DNA of 64,000 nucleotides from Bacillota bacterium (GCA_023424785.1 JAFADP010000005.1:19905-83904), one strand, 5' to 3'. Shown: positions 1 to 10,287, counted from the first letter of the stretch. Numbers and translations: made by a program. Notes: generated by a model from the letters alone, not told the origin.

Positions 1-301
1 TGAAGAAAATACTAATAATATAATGAATAATTTAGATGAAGATATTTTAGTATGTGCTCATACTCATATTCCTTCTATAAAAAACTTTGGAAATAAGCTA
101 TTTATAAATGATGGAAGTGTAGGAAAACCAAAAATAGGTACTCCTGATTCTACTTATTGTATTTTAAATATTACTAATGATGGAAATGTTACTGCGAAAA
201 TTAAACATGTTGCATATGAAGTTCATAAGATAGTTAAGGACATGCAAATATTAGATTTTCCTTCATCATTAATTCAAAGCTTTAAAGATGGTATAGAATA
301 A
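1..301 (+). CDS. Metallophosphoesterase (calcineurin-like, YfcE/MJ0936 family), C-terminal part; gene begins before the window
   Basis: Motifs CAHTH.P and INDGSVGKP; the frame is open back to the window start. Confidence 0.8.
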   Translation, partial: EENTNNIMNNLDEDILVCAHTHIPSIKNFGNKLFINDGSVGKPKIGTPDSTYCILNITNDGNVTAKIKHVAYEVHKIVKDMQILDFPSSLIQSFKDGIE

Positions 302-318
302 GTCTAATATAATTATAT

Positions 319-347
319 TTGCATTTATAATAAAGATATTGTAAAAT
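319..347 (+). promoter_or_regulatory. sigmaA promoter of the asnS T-box leader
   Basis: TTGCAT(319-324)-N17-TAAAAT(342-347). Confidence 0.6.
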
Positions 348-371
348 CAATATATTCTAAAATATTTTATT

Positions 372-636
372 ACTGTGATGAGAAGAGTAGAATTAAGATT
401 TGTAGTCTTAGCGAGTAAGGGATGGTGTAAGCCTTATACTATAACTAATTTGAAGAACATCTCGGAGTTTCTAACCGAAAATTTATTACTAATCAGTAGG
501 CTTAGACGTATTCAACACGTTATAGTTGAAAAAGTATTTTTAATACTTTATTGAGTGGCTATTTATAGCAATTTAGGTGGTACCGCGAATTTTAATCATT
601 CGTCCTTTATTTTAATTGGATGAGTGATTTTTTTTA
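372..636 (+). ncRNA. T-box riboswitch (Asn)
   Basis: AGTA, GCGA and GGTGTAA stem I motifs; specifier GAAG-AAC (AAC at 456-458); T-box AATTTAGGTGGTACCGCG (570-587); terminator AATCATTCGTCC...GGATGAGTGATT plus T-run (594-635); lies upstream of asnS. Confidence 0.95.
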
Positions 637-684
637 TTGTACCAAAATAAAAAATATTAATAATATTATTAGGAGGAGATTTTT

Positions 685-2079
685 TTGAGTAAATCAATCT
701 TAGTTAAATCACTTTATAGAAATACTGATGAATATTTATCAAAAGAAGTTACCATCTCTGGATGGATTAGAACCTTAAGAGCATCAAATGCTTTTGGCTT
801 CATTGAAATAAATGATGGTTCATTCTTTAAAAATATACAAGTAGTTTTCGATAATAAATTAGAAAACTTTAAAGAAGTATCAAAACTTCCAATAAGCTCT
901 TCAGTTACTGTTATAGGAACTCTTGTAGAAACTCCAGAAGCTAAACAACCATTTGAGATTCAAGCTACTGAAGTTGTTATTGAAGGTATGTCTAACTCAG
1001 ATTATCCATTACAAAAGAAAAGACATACTTTTGAATATTTAAGAACAATAGCACACTTAAGACCAAGAAGTAATGCATTCTCTGCAGTATTTAGAGTGCG
1101 TTCTGTTGCTGCATATGCTATTCACAAGTTCTTCCAAGATCAAGGATTTGTTTATACACATACTCCTATCTTAACAGGAAGTGATTGTGAAGGTGCTGGA
1201 GAAATGTTTAAGGTTACTACTCTTGATTTAAAAAATCCACCACTTACTGAAAATGGTGAAATAGATTATAAGCAAGATTTCTTCGGAAAAGAAACAAACC
1301 TTACTGTTTCTGGACAATTAAATGGGGAATCTTATGCTTTAGCATTTAGAAACATTTATACTTTTGGTCCTACATTTAGAGCTGAAAATTCAAATACTAC
1401 TAGACACGCTGCTGAATTCTGGATGGTAGAACCTGAAATAGCTTTTGCTGACTTAGCTGATAATATGGAACTTGCAGAAGATATGCTTAAATATGTTATA
1501 AATTATGTTATGACTGAATGTCCAGAAGAAATGGCTTTCTTTAATCAATTTATAGATAAAGGACTATTAGATAGATTAAATCATGTTATATCTTCTGAAT
1601 TTGGTAAAGTTACTTATACAGAAGCTGTAGAAATATTAAAGAATTGTGGAAAGAAATTTGATTACCCAGTTGAGTGGGGTATAGATCTTCAAACAGAACA
1701 TGAAAGATATTTAACTGAAGAGCACTTTAAGAAGCCAGTATTCGTAACTGATTATCCAAAAGATATTAAGGCATTCTATATGAGATTAAATGATGATAAT
1801 AAAACAGTTGCTGCTTGTGATTGCTTAGTTCCTGGCATAGGAGAAATTATAGGTGGTAGTCAAAGAGAAGAAAGACTTGACATATTAAAAGCTAGAATGG
1901 CTGAATTAGGTCTTAAAGAAGAAGATTACTGGTGGTACCTAGAACTTAGAAAATACGGTGAAACTAAACATGCTGGATTTGGTTTAGGTTTTGAAAGATT
2001 AATAATGTATATTACAGGAATGAGCAATATAAGAGACGTTATTCCATTCCCAAGAACTACAGGACAATCTGACTTCTAA
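685..2079 (+). CDS. asnS: Asparagine--tRNA ligase
   Basis: Class IIb aaRS motifs ([22 protein letters not shown]); TTG start after AGGAGG; Asn T-box upstream. Confidence 0.98.
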   Translation: MSKSILVKSLYRNTDEYLSKEVTISGWIRTLRASNAFGFIEINDGSFFKNIQVVFDNKLENFKEVSKLPISSSVTVIGTLVETPEAKQPFEIQATEVVIEGMSNSDYPLQKKRHTFEYLRTIAHLRPRSNAFSAVFRVRSVAAYAIHKFFQDQGFVYTHTPILTGSDCEGAGEMFKVTTLDLKNPPLTENGEIDYKQDFFGKETNLTVSGQLNGESYALAFRNIYTFGPTFRAENSNTTRHAAEFWMVEPEIAFADLADNMELAEDMLKYVINYVMTECPEEMAFFNQFIDKGLLDRLNHVISSEFGKVTYTEAVEILKNCGKKFDYPVEWGIDLQTEHERYLTEEHFKKPVFVTDYPKDIKAFYMRLNDDNKTVAACDCLVPGIGEIIGGSQREERLDILKARMAELGLKEEDYWWYLELRKYGETKHAGFGLGFERLIMYITGMSNIRDVIPFPRTTGQSDF

Positions 2080-2096
2080 TATATTTACTTAATATG

Positions 2097-2138
2097 CTGT
2101 AGATAATACTTAGTTTTATTATCTACAGTTATTTTTTT
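2097..2138 (+). terminator. Intrinsic terminator of asnS
   Basis: CTGTAGATAATA-N8-TATTATCTACAG followed by TTATTTTTTT. Confidence 0.85.
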
Positions 2139-2284
2139 AACTAAAACTCATAAATTTATATATTTAAAATAATATTTAATTTTTATAAAAAAATACTTGT
2201 TTTATTATAATTTTCCATTTATAATAAGATTATAAATTCTAATTTCATATTTTTAATCCTTATAAACAATTAAATTACTTACAT

Positions 2285-2326
2285 AAAATAAGCTATCAAC
2301 ACCTCCTTGTGTTGGTAGCTTATTTT
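2285..2326. terminator. Bidirectional terminator-type hairpin with a CTCCTT loop
   Basis: 18-bp stem AAAATAAGCTATCAACAC / GTGTTGGTAGCTTATTTT. Confidence 0.8.
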
Positions 2327-2367
2327 CTAATTATTTTATCCATTTACCTTGTATGAAATTCTCCTTT

Positions 2368-3831
2368 TTATACTCTATTTAATTTAATTTCCTTTTTTCT
2401 CTCCTCATCTTGTATTTTTTCTAAAACAGCCTTTATATTATTCCCACTTAGAACTAAAATATCACCTTCTTTTATTATAGTAGATCCTTTTGGTACTAAA
2501 ACCTCATCATTTCTTTTTATCATAACTATTAATATCTCCTCAGGTATATTGGCATCCATAATAGACTTTCCTTCAAGTCTATCTCCATGAGGTATACTCA
2601 TTTCTATTAACTGTGTACTTTTTTCTTCTTTATAATCATTAAATGTTCTTAATACAGATTCATTATTATCTACTAAATCAAGCTTCTTTGCTACTGTTGG
2701 AATTAATGTTCCTTGTATTGAAACTGAAATTAAAGCAATTAAGAATATAATGTGATATATATCATTTTGAAATGCTATATTTTTAGTTACTGCGAAAATT
2801 GCAAAAACAATTGATGCTGCACCTCTAAGACCAACCCAAGATATAAACAAAATTTCTTTTATTGTTGCATTAAAGAACTTTAGCATTAAAAATGTCGTTA
2901 CTGGTCTTGCAATAAAAATCATAAATATAGAAATTGTTACTCCATAAATCATTACTGATGGAATTCTTGATGGAAAAGATAATAATCCTAATATAAAGAA
3001 TAATACTATTTGCATAAGCCATGATATTGCATCTAAATATTGCACAAGGCTCTTTTTATGAGGTATTTTATTATTACCAAGTATTATTCCTGATATATAT
3101 ACAGATAAATATCCATTTCCCCCCATAAATTCACTTAATGCATAAGCTAATATAGCAATAGCTGTAATACATATTGGATAAAAACCTTCTATTTGAAAGT
3201 TCATATTTCGTAAAAATAAAACCATTAACTTTGCTAATATAAGGCCTAGTAATAAGCCCAATAATATTTGCTTTACTAATAAAAAGGCAATATTACTACT
3301 ACCATCACCTACAATTAAAGTTAGTATTGTAATTGTAAGCATATAAGCAAAAGGGTCATTACTACCACTTTCAATTTCTAATATAGATGCTAATCCACCT
3401 TTTAAATTTAGTTTTTGTGCTCTTAATATATTAAATACAGAAGCTGCATCAGTTGATGATACTATTGATCCTATAAGAAAAGATTCTAATATATCCATTC
3501 TTAATACTAAATTACAAAATAATCCTGTAAGTCCTGCTGTAATAATTACACCTATAGTAGACATTAAAATTGCTTGAAGTGCTATTGGCTTTGCCATTTT
3601 CCAATTAGTACAGAAACCTCCATAAAACATTATAAATATTAACCCTACTGAACATACTTCTTTTGCTAATTCATAGTCATCAAAATAAATTCCACCTAGA
3701 CCATCTGAACCAAATATCATTCCAAAGAAAATAAATATTAATAATACTGGTATTCCTACTTTATATAATAGCTTACTAGTTGTTACACACATTATTAATA
3801 TTACACCACAAAGAATTAATAAATTTATCAT
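2368..3831 (-). CDS. cvrA: K+/H+ antiporter (CvrA/NhaP2 type, CPA1) with C-terminal RCK_C/TrkA-C domain
   Basis: Multi-TM protein with SSTDAASVF, ESGSNDP and GLRGAASIV motifs; C-terminal VPKGSTIIKEGD RCK_C. Confidence 0.88.
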   Translation of the reverse strand: MINLLILCGVILIMCVTTSKLLYKVGIPVLLIFIFFGMIFGSDGLGGIYFDDYELAKEVCSVGLIFIMFYGGFCTNWKMAKPIALQAILMSTIGVIITAGLTGLFCNLVLRMDILESFLIGSIVSSTDAASVFNILRAQKLNLKGGLASILEIESGSNDPFAYMLTITILTLIVGDGSSNIAFLLVKQILLGLLLGLILAKLMVLFLRNMNFQIEGFYPICITAIAILAYALSEFMGGNGYLSVYISGIILGNNKIPHKKSLVQYLDAISWLMQIVLFFILGLLSFPSRIPSVMIYGVTISIFMIFIARPVTTFLMLKFFNATIKEILFISWVGLRGAASIVFAIFAVTKNIAFQNDIYHIIFLIALISVSIQGTLIPTVAKKLDLVDNNESVLRTFNDYKEEKSTQLIEMSIPHGDRLEGKSIMDANIPEEILIVMIKRNDEVLVPKGSTIIKEGDILVLSGNNIKAVLEKIQDEERKKEIKLNRV

Positions 3832-3977
3832 ATATTACCTCCCCATAACAACTAAAAAGGCTATATTCTTTGCTGATTTATAATTCTATCAACAAAAAAT
3901 ATAACCTCATTGTTATTTTTAATTACTTTCTTCTTTAAAAAATATACTACATATTCCTATTGAACATACTAATAAGA

Positions 3978-4490
3978 TTAATAAAGAATAACTTTATTTT
4001 CTTTTAAGCTCTTTTGAACATCTATTATTCTTTGGTTACTAGATCCTCTAAACTTTAGCCCTTCTTCCTTTTTATCTTCTTCAAATTTACCATCAACTAA
4101 TACATCTATATATTTTATTAACTCATTCCATCCTTTATGATAATCTTTATTTTTTAAAATATCTTCATATGTGTATCCTGTGTAACTCCAGATATTAAGA
4201 TCATGCTCTTTAAATTTTTTTGCCATATATGCAAATTTATCTGCTTGTTCAAACGGATCTCCACCACTAAAAGTTATTCCTTTAATAAATGGATTATCTA
4301 ATACATCTTCTATTAATTCATCCATATCTTTTTCTTCTCCACCTGAAAAATCATGAGTATCAGGATTAAAACAGCCCTTACAATTATGTTTACATCCTTG
4401 TGCAAAAAAGACTCTTCTTATTCCTGGCCCATTAACTAAGCTTTCGTAAGCTATTCCTGATAATCTTATTTTATTGCTCACAAATACCAC
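3978..4490 (-). CDS. nrdG: Anaerobic ribonucleoside-triphosphate reductase activating enzyme
   Basis: NGPGIR, CKHNCKGC radical SAM motif, GITFSGGDP, FRGSSNQR. True start may be GTG at 4481. Confidence 0.96.
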   Translation of the reverse strand: MVFVSNKIRLSGIAYESLVNGPGIRRVFFAQGCKHNCKGCFNPDTHDFSGGEEKDMDELIEDVLDNPFIKGITFSGGDPFEQADKFAYMAKKFKEHDLNIWSYTGYTYEDILKNKDYHKGWNELIKYIDVLVDGKFEEDKKEEGLKFRGSSNQRIIDVQKSLKENKVILY

Positions 4491-4493
4491 ATC

Positions 4494-5813
4494 CTATTCT
4501 TGCGATTTTAGCGTTGCCTCTAACCAATCAATAAATTGTCTTGCTGATCTTGGTGAACGACCATTATGCCATTTCTCCCACTTTAAGGCCTCACTATGTA
4601 AATATTCTTCTTCTACATGTAATCCTCTATTTTTTACTATTCCATCTACTATATCTAAAAACTCTCTTTGATTTGGTGCAAAGAAACTTATTGTAATTCC
4701 AAATCTATCAGCCAAAGAAAGTTTCTCTTCTCTAGTGTCCTTTGAATGAATCTCATCCCCATCAGAAAATTTCTCTTGAACTAAATGTCTTCTATTAGTT
4801 GTTGCATATATTAATATATTACTTGGCCTATTTTCTACTCTACCTTCTAATATAGTCTTTAATGCGGAATAACTTGCTTCATTTTCTTGAAATACTAAGT
4901 CATCAACAAATATTATAAACTTTTGTTTCTTATGTCTTAGAAGTCTTATTATTCTAGTAAAATCACCTAATTGTTCTTTGTCAACTTCTATTAATCTTAA
5001 TCCACTCTCATAATATTCATTTAAAATTGCTTTTACTGTTGATGACTTCCCTGTACCTCTCGAACCATATAATAAAAGATTATTAGCTGGAAGCCCTTTT
5101 AAGAAATGTTCTGTGTTCTCTATTATTTCTTCCTTTTGACTTTCATATCCTATTAAATCTGAAAGTCTTATTGTATCTGGTTCTAATACTTCTCTTAAAT
5201 GTCCTTCATCATCATTTTCAAATCTTTCCCACACAAAAGCACTATAAGCTGGTGCTCTTCCTGTACCATTTTCTTTATGAAAATCAACTAAATCCTGTGC
5301 ACATTCTTTCCAATCACTACTTTTCATTAATATCTCTTTAATTTTTTCAAATGCCATTGAATTTTTAGCTATGTAATTTTCATCTTCAATTCCCCAGTCC
5401 ATAAGAGAATTTATTCTTTTTATTTCCTCTTCACTATCTTTACATTTACTAATTAAAATTTCTTTTATAGTTTTACTATTAACTCTTACTATATCACCTA
5501 ATAAAACTAATTCATTTTTTACACCTTCAAAAACGAAATTTGGAAGTGATCCATTTATCTCTAATCCAACATTAAAAGGATTATGATCTAGTAACATCTC
5601 ATCTACTATTACTTCTTTAAATGATAAATTACTACTTTTTAAAAATAATTCATATGTAAATTCATTATATGATTTTATACATTCACTTAAAGAGCTACCT
5701 TTTGATATTTTATCCACAAGTAAGTAAAATTTACCCCCAATATTTTTACTAAATACTTCTTTATAAATACATAAAGAATCTAAACTTAATTTTATATATT
5801 TCTCTCTATTCAT
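4494..5813 (-). CDS. AAA+ ATP-binding protein (DUF815 family)
   Basis: Walker A GSRGTGKSS, Walker B IIFVDD, ATTNRRHL, SLADRFG, GRSPRSARQF. Confidence 0.88.
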   Translation of the reverse strand: MNREKYIKLSLDSLCIYKEVFSKNIGGKFYLLVDKISKGSSLSECIKSYNEFTYELFLKSSNLSFKEVIVDEMLLDHNPFNVGLEINGSLPNFVFEGVKNELVLLGDIVRVNSKTIKEILISKCKDSEEEIKRINSLMDWGIEDENYIAKNSMAFEKIKEILMKSSDWKECAQDLVDFHKENGTGRAPAYSAFVWERFENDDEGHLREVLEPDTIRLSDLIGYESQKEEIIENTEHFLKGLPANNLLLYGSRGTGKSSTVKAILNEYYESGLRLIEVDKEQLGDFTRIIRLLRHKKQKFIIFVDDLVFQENEASYSALKTILEGRVENRPSNILIYATTNRRHLVQEKFSDGDEIHSKDTREEKLSLADRFGITISFFAPNQREFLDIVDGIVKNRGLHVEEEYLHSEALKWEKWHNGRSPRSARQFIDWLEATLKSQE

Positions 5814-5852
5814 TTTAAAGCCCCACTTTATCTTTTATATACTATAATTATA

Positions 5853-6713
5853 CTACTCATAATACTTAATTAAAGCTTGTGTTCCTAAGTCTCCCAGACC
5901 ATCTCTTTCAAGAGTTTTATACATATCTAAAACACTTTCTAATACATTTAAATTTATATCTTTTTCTTCTGCTTCTTCTGATGCAATGTTCATATCTTTA
6001 ATATAATGCTTTATAAAGAATCCTGGATTAAAATCTCCTTTTAACATACGTGGAGCCATATTATCCATTTGCCAACTTCCTGCCGCTCCTTTACTAATAC
6101 TATCTAGCATTGTCTGAATATCTAACCCTGTACTTTTAGCATAAGTAATAGCTTCACAAACTCCTGCAATGGCTCCTGCTAATGCAATCTGATTTGCCAT
6201 TTTTGTATGTTGACCACATCCAGCTTTACCCTCATATATAATATTAGTTCCCATAGCTTCAAATATTGCTTTACAGCTTTCAAAAGCTTCTTTATCACCA
6301 CCTACCATAATTGATAAAGTTCCGTTTTTAGCTCCTACATCTCCACCTGAAACTGGTGCATCTAATGCTATTAACCCCTTTCTCTTACCTTCTTCATATA
6401 TCTTAACTGATAACTTAGGACTAGTAGTAGTCATATCAATTATATAAGTTCCTTTATTAGAATTATTTATTATTCCATCTTCTCCAAAATAAACTTCTTC
6501 AACATCTTTTGGATATCCTACAATAGTAATTACTGCATCTTTATCCTTTACGCATTCTCTTATATTCTCACACCAAATGGCACCTTCATTAATAACATCT
6601 AAAGCCTTTGATTTTGTTCTTGAGTATATTGATACTTCGAATCCTTTCTTCATCAAATTACGTACCATAGATTTTCCCATAACTCCAACACCTATGAATG
6701 CTATTTTATTCAT
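5853..6713 (-). CDS. NAD(P)-dependent beta-hydroxyacid dehydrogenase (3-hydroxyisobutyrate/tartronate semialdehyde reductase family, YkwC-like)
   Basis: FIGVGVMG Rossmann motif, DAPVSGG, catalytic K in TKMANQ. Confidence 0.9.
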   Translation of the reverse strand: MNKIAFIGVGVMGKSMVRNLMKKGFEVSIYSRTKSKALDVINEGAIWCENIRECVKDKDAVITIVGYPKDVEEVYFGEDGIINNSNKGTYIIDMTTTSPKLSVKIYEEGKRKGLIALDAPVSGGDVGAKNGTLSIMVGGDKEAFESCKAIFEAMGTNIIYEGKAGCGQHTKMANQIALAGAIAGVCEAITYAKSTGLDIQTMLDSISKGAAGSWQMDNMAPRMLKGDFNPGFFIKHYIKDMNIASEEAEEKDINLNVLESVLDMYKTLERDGLGDLGTQALIKYYE

Positions 6714-6769
6714 ATTAATTCAACCTCCAATTAATATATTTTCTTATAATTATAACTCCACTTGAAAGT

Positions 6770-6808
6770 AAAAACACCTAACTAAAAATATTTCAGTCAA
6801 GTGTTTTT
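6770..6808 (-). terminator. Probable terminator after the hydratase gene
   Basis: AAAAACAC...GTGTTTTT imperfect inverted repeat directly after the stop codon. Confidence 0.55.
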
Positions 6809-6815
6809 GCAATAA

Positions 6816-9098
6816 TTATCCTCTATAATAATTAATTAAGCATCCCTTTAATATGATTTCTCTTTCATCATCTGTAAGTTCACCTAGTTTTAATTCAAAT
6901 TCTTTCATATCTTTATTTACAACATAAGCTTTTATTACATCTTGTTTTTCAGCAACTGCTTTAGCTATATCTGGAATAAAGATATAATCTCCATTATCAA
7001 AACATATCTCTTCTTCATAAATAAAAGGAAGCATACCCCAGTTAATTAAGTTTGAACGATATCTCTTTGTTGCATATTCTTTTGCAATATTTGCCCATCC
7101 ACCTAATACTTTTTGACAAGATGCTGCTTGTTCACGAGCAGAACCATCTCCTGGTTTAACAGCATAGATTGTACTTCCTATACCTGTATTTTCTTTATTT
7201 ATATCAAATCTTTCTTTTATTTTTTCCATTATTGGTTTTAATTCTTCTACTTCTTTAGCTGGACATTCTCCTGCAATTCTTGCCTTTTCTGCTTTTTGAA
7301 TTTCTTTTGCACGTCCAACATAAGCAGGATCTTTACGTGATAATGTAAATTCTGCAAGCCCTAATGGATTTGAACGATATGATGAAGTTTCTCCTGATGG
7401 TATTAATTCATCTGTAGTAGTAACTGGATCATGAATAACAGAAACTACTTTTAATACAAGATTATTTGTTAATTCTGACATAACAGGCCAATCAACTATA
7501 TTTGGTCCAAATTTAATTTCAACTGATGGATCTGCTTTTCCTATTCCATCATAAACACGATTTTCATAAATCTTTTTATCAAAGAAATATTTTGGCTTAG
7601 TAAAATTAACATCTATATCAGTAGCTGCAGTTAAGTATCCCTTATTTGCTGCTGTAGCTGCAATAGAACGAGCGTCCATTAATGCAACAGAAGCTATTTG
7701 TCCATTAGTAATCTTAGATCCTTCTCTGTTAGGGAAGTTTCTTGTAGAGTGACGAATACTTAAACCATTATTAGCAGGCACATCTCCTGCACCAAAACAT
7801 GGTCCACAAAATGCTGTACGCACTGTAGCACCAGTTGCCATAAGATCTGCTATGCTACCATTCTTAACAAGTTCCATAAATACTGGTTGAGATGCTGGAT
7901 AAATACTTAATGAAAATTCATCGCTACCTATTGATGTTCCTCTTAAAATATCTGTTGCATCACAAATATTTTCAAATCCTCCACCTGCACAACCTGCAAT
8001 TACTCCTTGTTCTACATATAATCTACCATCACGAACCTTATCTTTTAATGTAAACTTAATCTTGTTGTCTAAACTTATTCCTGCTTTCTTTTCAACATCA
8101 TCTAATATATCTAAAAGATTATTATTTAAATCTTCAATTGTATAAACATTACTTGGGTGGAATGGCATAGCTATCATTGGTTTAATTTTAGATAAATCAA
8201 CATATATCATACCATCATAATAAGCAACATCTCCTGGATTTAACTCTTTGTATTCTTCTACTCTTCCATGAATATCAAAGAAATCTTTTATTTCATTATC
8301 TGTTCTCCAAATAGATGATAAACATGTAGTTTCTGTTGTCATAACATCAATACCAATTCTAAAATCAGCACTTAAGTTAGAAACTCCATCCCCTACGAAT
8401 TCCATTACCTTATTATTAACATAACCATTTTTAAATACAGCTCCAATTATTGCAAGGGCAACGTCTTGAGGCCCAACCCCTTTTTGTGGAGTACCTGTTA
8501 AATAAACTCCTACAATACCTGGCATATTTATATCATAAGTCTTACATAATAATTGCTTAACTATTTCTGGTCCACCTTCCCCTATTGCCATAGTACCTAA
8601 TGCACCATAACGAGTGTGACTATCAGAACCTAGTATCATTTTTCCACAACCAGCAAGCATTTCTCTCGCAAATTGATGTATAACAGCTTGGTGAGGTGGT
8701 ACATAAATTCCACCATATTTTTTTGCACAAGAAAGTCCAAACATATGGTCATCTTCATTTATTGTACCTCCAACTGCACAAAGACTATTATGGCAATTTG
8801 TTAATACATACGGAACAGGGAATTTTTCAAGTCCTGATGCTCTTGCAGTTTGAATAATGCCTACAAATGTAATATCATGTGATGCTAATTTATCAAATTT
8901 TATCTTTAATTTATCCATATTATCAGAAGTATTATGTGCACTTAAAATACTATAAGCTATAGTATTCTTTGCAGCTTCCTCTTTGCTTGGGTAATTATCT
9001 CCTAATTTACTTGCTAATATAGCAGCTTGTTCACTCCCATCAGCTACTATTTCAGTTCCATTTAAAAGATACGCACCTTTTTCATATAATTTAATCAT
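6816..9098 (-). CDS. ybhJ: Aconitase-superfamily hydratase, YbhJ type
   Basis: [28 protein letters not shown], [4Fe-4S] ligands GCAGG and [27 protein letters not shown]. Start moved to the ATG at 9098 (MIKLYE) because GGAGG lies 8 nt upstream. Confidence 0.9.
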   Translation of the reverse strand: MIKLYEKGAYLLNGTEIVADGSEQAAILASKLGDNYPSKEEAAKNTIAYSILSAHNTSDNMDKLKIKFDKLASHDITFVGIIQTARASGLEKFPVPYVLTNCHNSLCAVGGTINEDDHMFGLSCAKKYGGIYVPPHQAVIHQFAREMLAGCGKMILGSDSHTRYGALGTMAIGEGGPEIVKQLLCKTYDINMPGIVGVYLTGTPQKGVGPQDVALAIIGAVFKNGYVNNKVMEFVGDGVSNLSADFRIGIDVMTTETTCLSSIWRTDNEIKDFFDIHGRVEEYKELNPGDVAYYDGMIYVDLSKIKPMIAMPFHPSNVYTIEDLNNNLLDILDDVEKKAGISLDNKIKFTLKDKVRDGRLYVEQGVIAGCAGGGFENICDATDILRGTSIGSDEFSLSIYPASQPVFMELVKNGSIADLMATGATVRTAFCGPCFGAGDVPANNGLSIRHSTRNFPNREGSKITNGQIASVALMDARSIAATAANKGYLTAATDIDVNFTKPKYFFDKKIYENRVYDGIGKADPSVEIKFGPNIVDWPVMSELTNNLVLKVVSVIHDPVTTTDELIPSGETSSYRSNPLGLAEFTLSRKDPAYVGRAKEIQKAEKARIAGECPAKEVEELKPIMEKIKERFDINKENTGIGSTIYAVKPGDGSAREQAASCQKVLGGWANIAKEYATKRYRSNLINWGMLPFIYEEEICFDNGDYIFIPDIAKAVAEKQDVIKAYVVNKDMKEFELKLGELTDDEREIILKGCLINYYRG

Positions 9099-9138
9099 TA
9101 TCTCATCCTCCATATATTAATTTATATTAATATAAACT

Positions 9139-10287
9139 CTATTTATCTTCATGTATAACTTTATACATTTGAACAATTTCCTTATCAAAAAGAGGTCTCT
9201 TAAGTCTAACTGATAACGCTCTTACTTGTTCTAATATATTATTAGCCTCTTCATCTGTAAGAGTTATATTGTATTCATTAAATTTATTTACTATTGCAGC
9301 TCTTCCTGAATGTTTTCCTATTACTATTTGTCTTTCAAGTCCAACTACACTTGGATCAAAAGCTTCGTAGTTTTTAGGATTCTTTATTGCTCCATCTGCA
9401 TGTATACCTGATTCATGTGCAAACATATTGGTACCAACTATAGCTTTCCATATAGGTAACTCTCTTCCTGAAGCTCTAGATACATATTCACATATTTCTC
9501 TAAACATTCTTGTATCTATATCAGTCTCCATATTGTATACATACTTTAATGCCATAACTACTTCTTCTAATGCTGCATTACCAGCTCTCTCACCTAAGCC
9601 ATTTACTGTTACCCCAACATGATTAGCTCCACCTCTAATACCTGCAACTGCATTAGCTGTAGCCATACCAAAATCATTATGAGTATGCATTTCTATATCA
9701 AAATCTGTATTCTTATATAAATACTCTATTTCTTTTTCTAGAGTAAATGGTTCCATTACTCCTACAGTATCACAATATCTAAATCTGTTAGCTCCTGCCT
9801 CCTTAGCTGCTTTCATGAATTGTACTAAAAACTCCTTATCAGCTCTTGAAGCATCTTCTCCATTTACTGATACATACAAGCCATTCTTCTTAGCATATTC
9901 AACAGACTTTACCATATTTTCAAGAACCCATTCTCTTGACGTATTTAACTTATTCTTGATATGTATATCTGATACTGAAATTGAAATTGCAACTGCATCT
10001 ACTCCACAATCAATGGATTGTTCTATATCTGATATAACTGCTCTGTTCCATGCCATTATGCTACTCTTTAAATTTCTCTTAACAATATCTTTAATAGCTT
10101 GTTTTTCATCTCCTCCCATAGTTGGTATTCCAACTTCAAGTTGGTCTACCCCTAGATCACTTAACATTGATGCTATAGCTATTTTTTCATCATTGGCAAA
10201 AACAACTCCTGCTGTTTGTTCTCCATCTCTAAGTGTTGTATCTACTATGTAGATGTTTTTTCCATTTTTGAGATCTTTTATAGGCAT
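9139..10287 (-). CDS. nifV: Homocitrate synthase-like DRE-TIM synthase (NifV family; possibly acts as Re-citrate synthase)
   Basis: DTTLRDGEQ, HTHNDFGMATAN, GLGERAGNA, HESGIHADG, GKHSG; no regulatory domain; no nif genes nearby. Confidence 0.85.
   Translation of the reverse strand: MPIKDLKNGKNIYIVDTTLRDGEQTAGVVFANDEKIAIASMLSDLGVDQLEVGIPTMGGDEKQAIKDIVKRNLKSSIMAWNRAVISDIEQSIDCGVDAVAISISVSDIHIKNKLNTSREWVLENMVKSVEYAKKNGLYVSVNGEDASRADKEFLVQFMKAAKEAGANRFRYCDTVGVMEPFTLEKEIEYLYKNTDFDIEMHTHNDFGMATANAVAGIRGGANHVGVTVNGLGERAGNAALEEVVMALKYVYNMETDIDTRMFREICEYVSRASGRELPIWKAIVGTNMFAHESGIHADGAIKNPKNYEAFDPSVVGLERQIVIGKHSGRAAIVNKFNEYNITLTDEEANNILEQVRALSVRLKRPLFDKEIVQMYKVIHEDK

Noticed and set aside
5853..6713. 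The dehydrogenase as the missing (homo)isocitrate dehydrogenase of the nifV-ybhJ unit
   Set aside because: It belongs to the beta-hydroxyacid dehydrogenase family, not the decarboxylating IDH/IPMDH family, and a probable terminator separates it from ybhJ.
9139..10287. nifV as evidence of nitrogen fixation
   Set aside because: No nifHDK/ENB in the window; it is paired with an aconitase-family gene instead.
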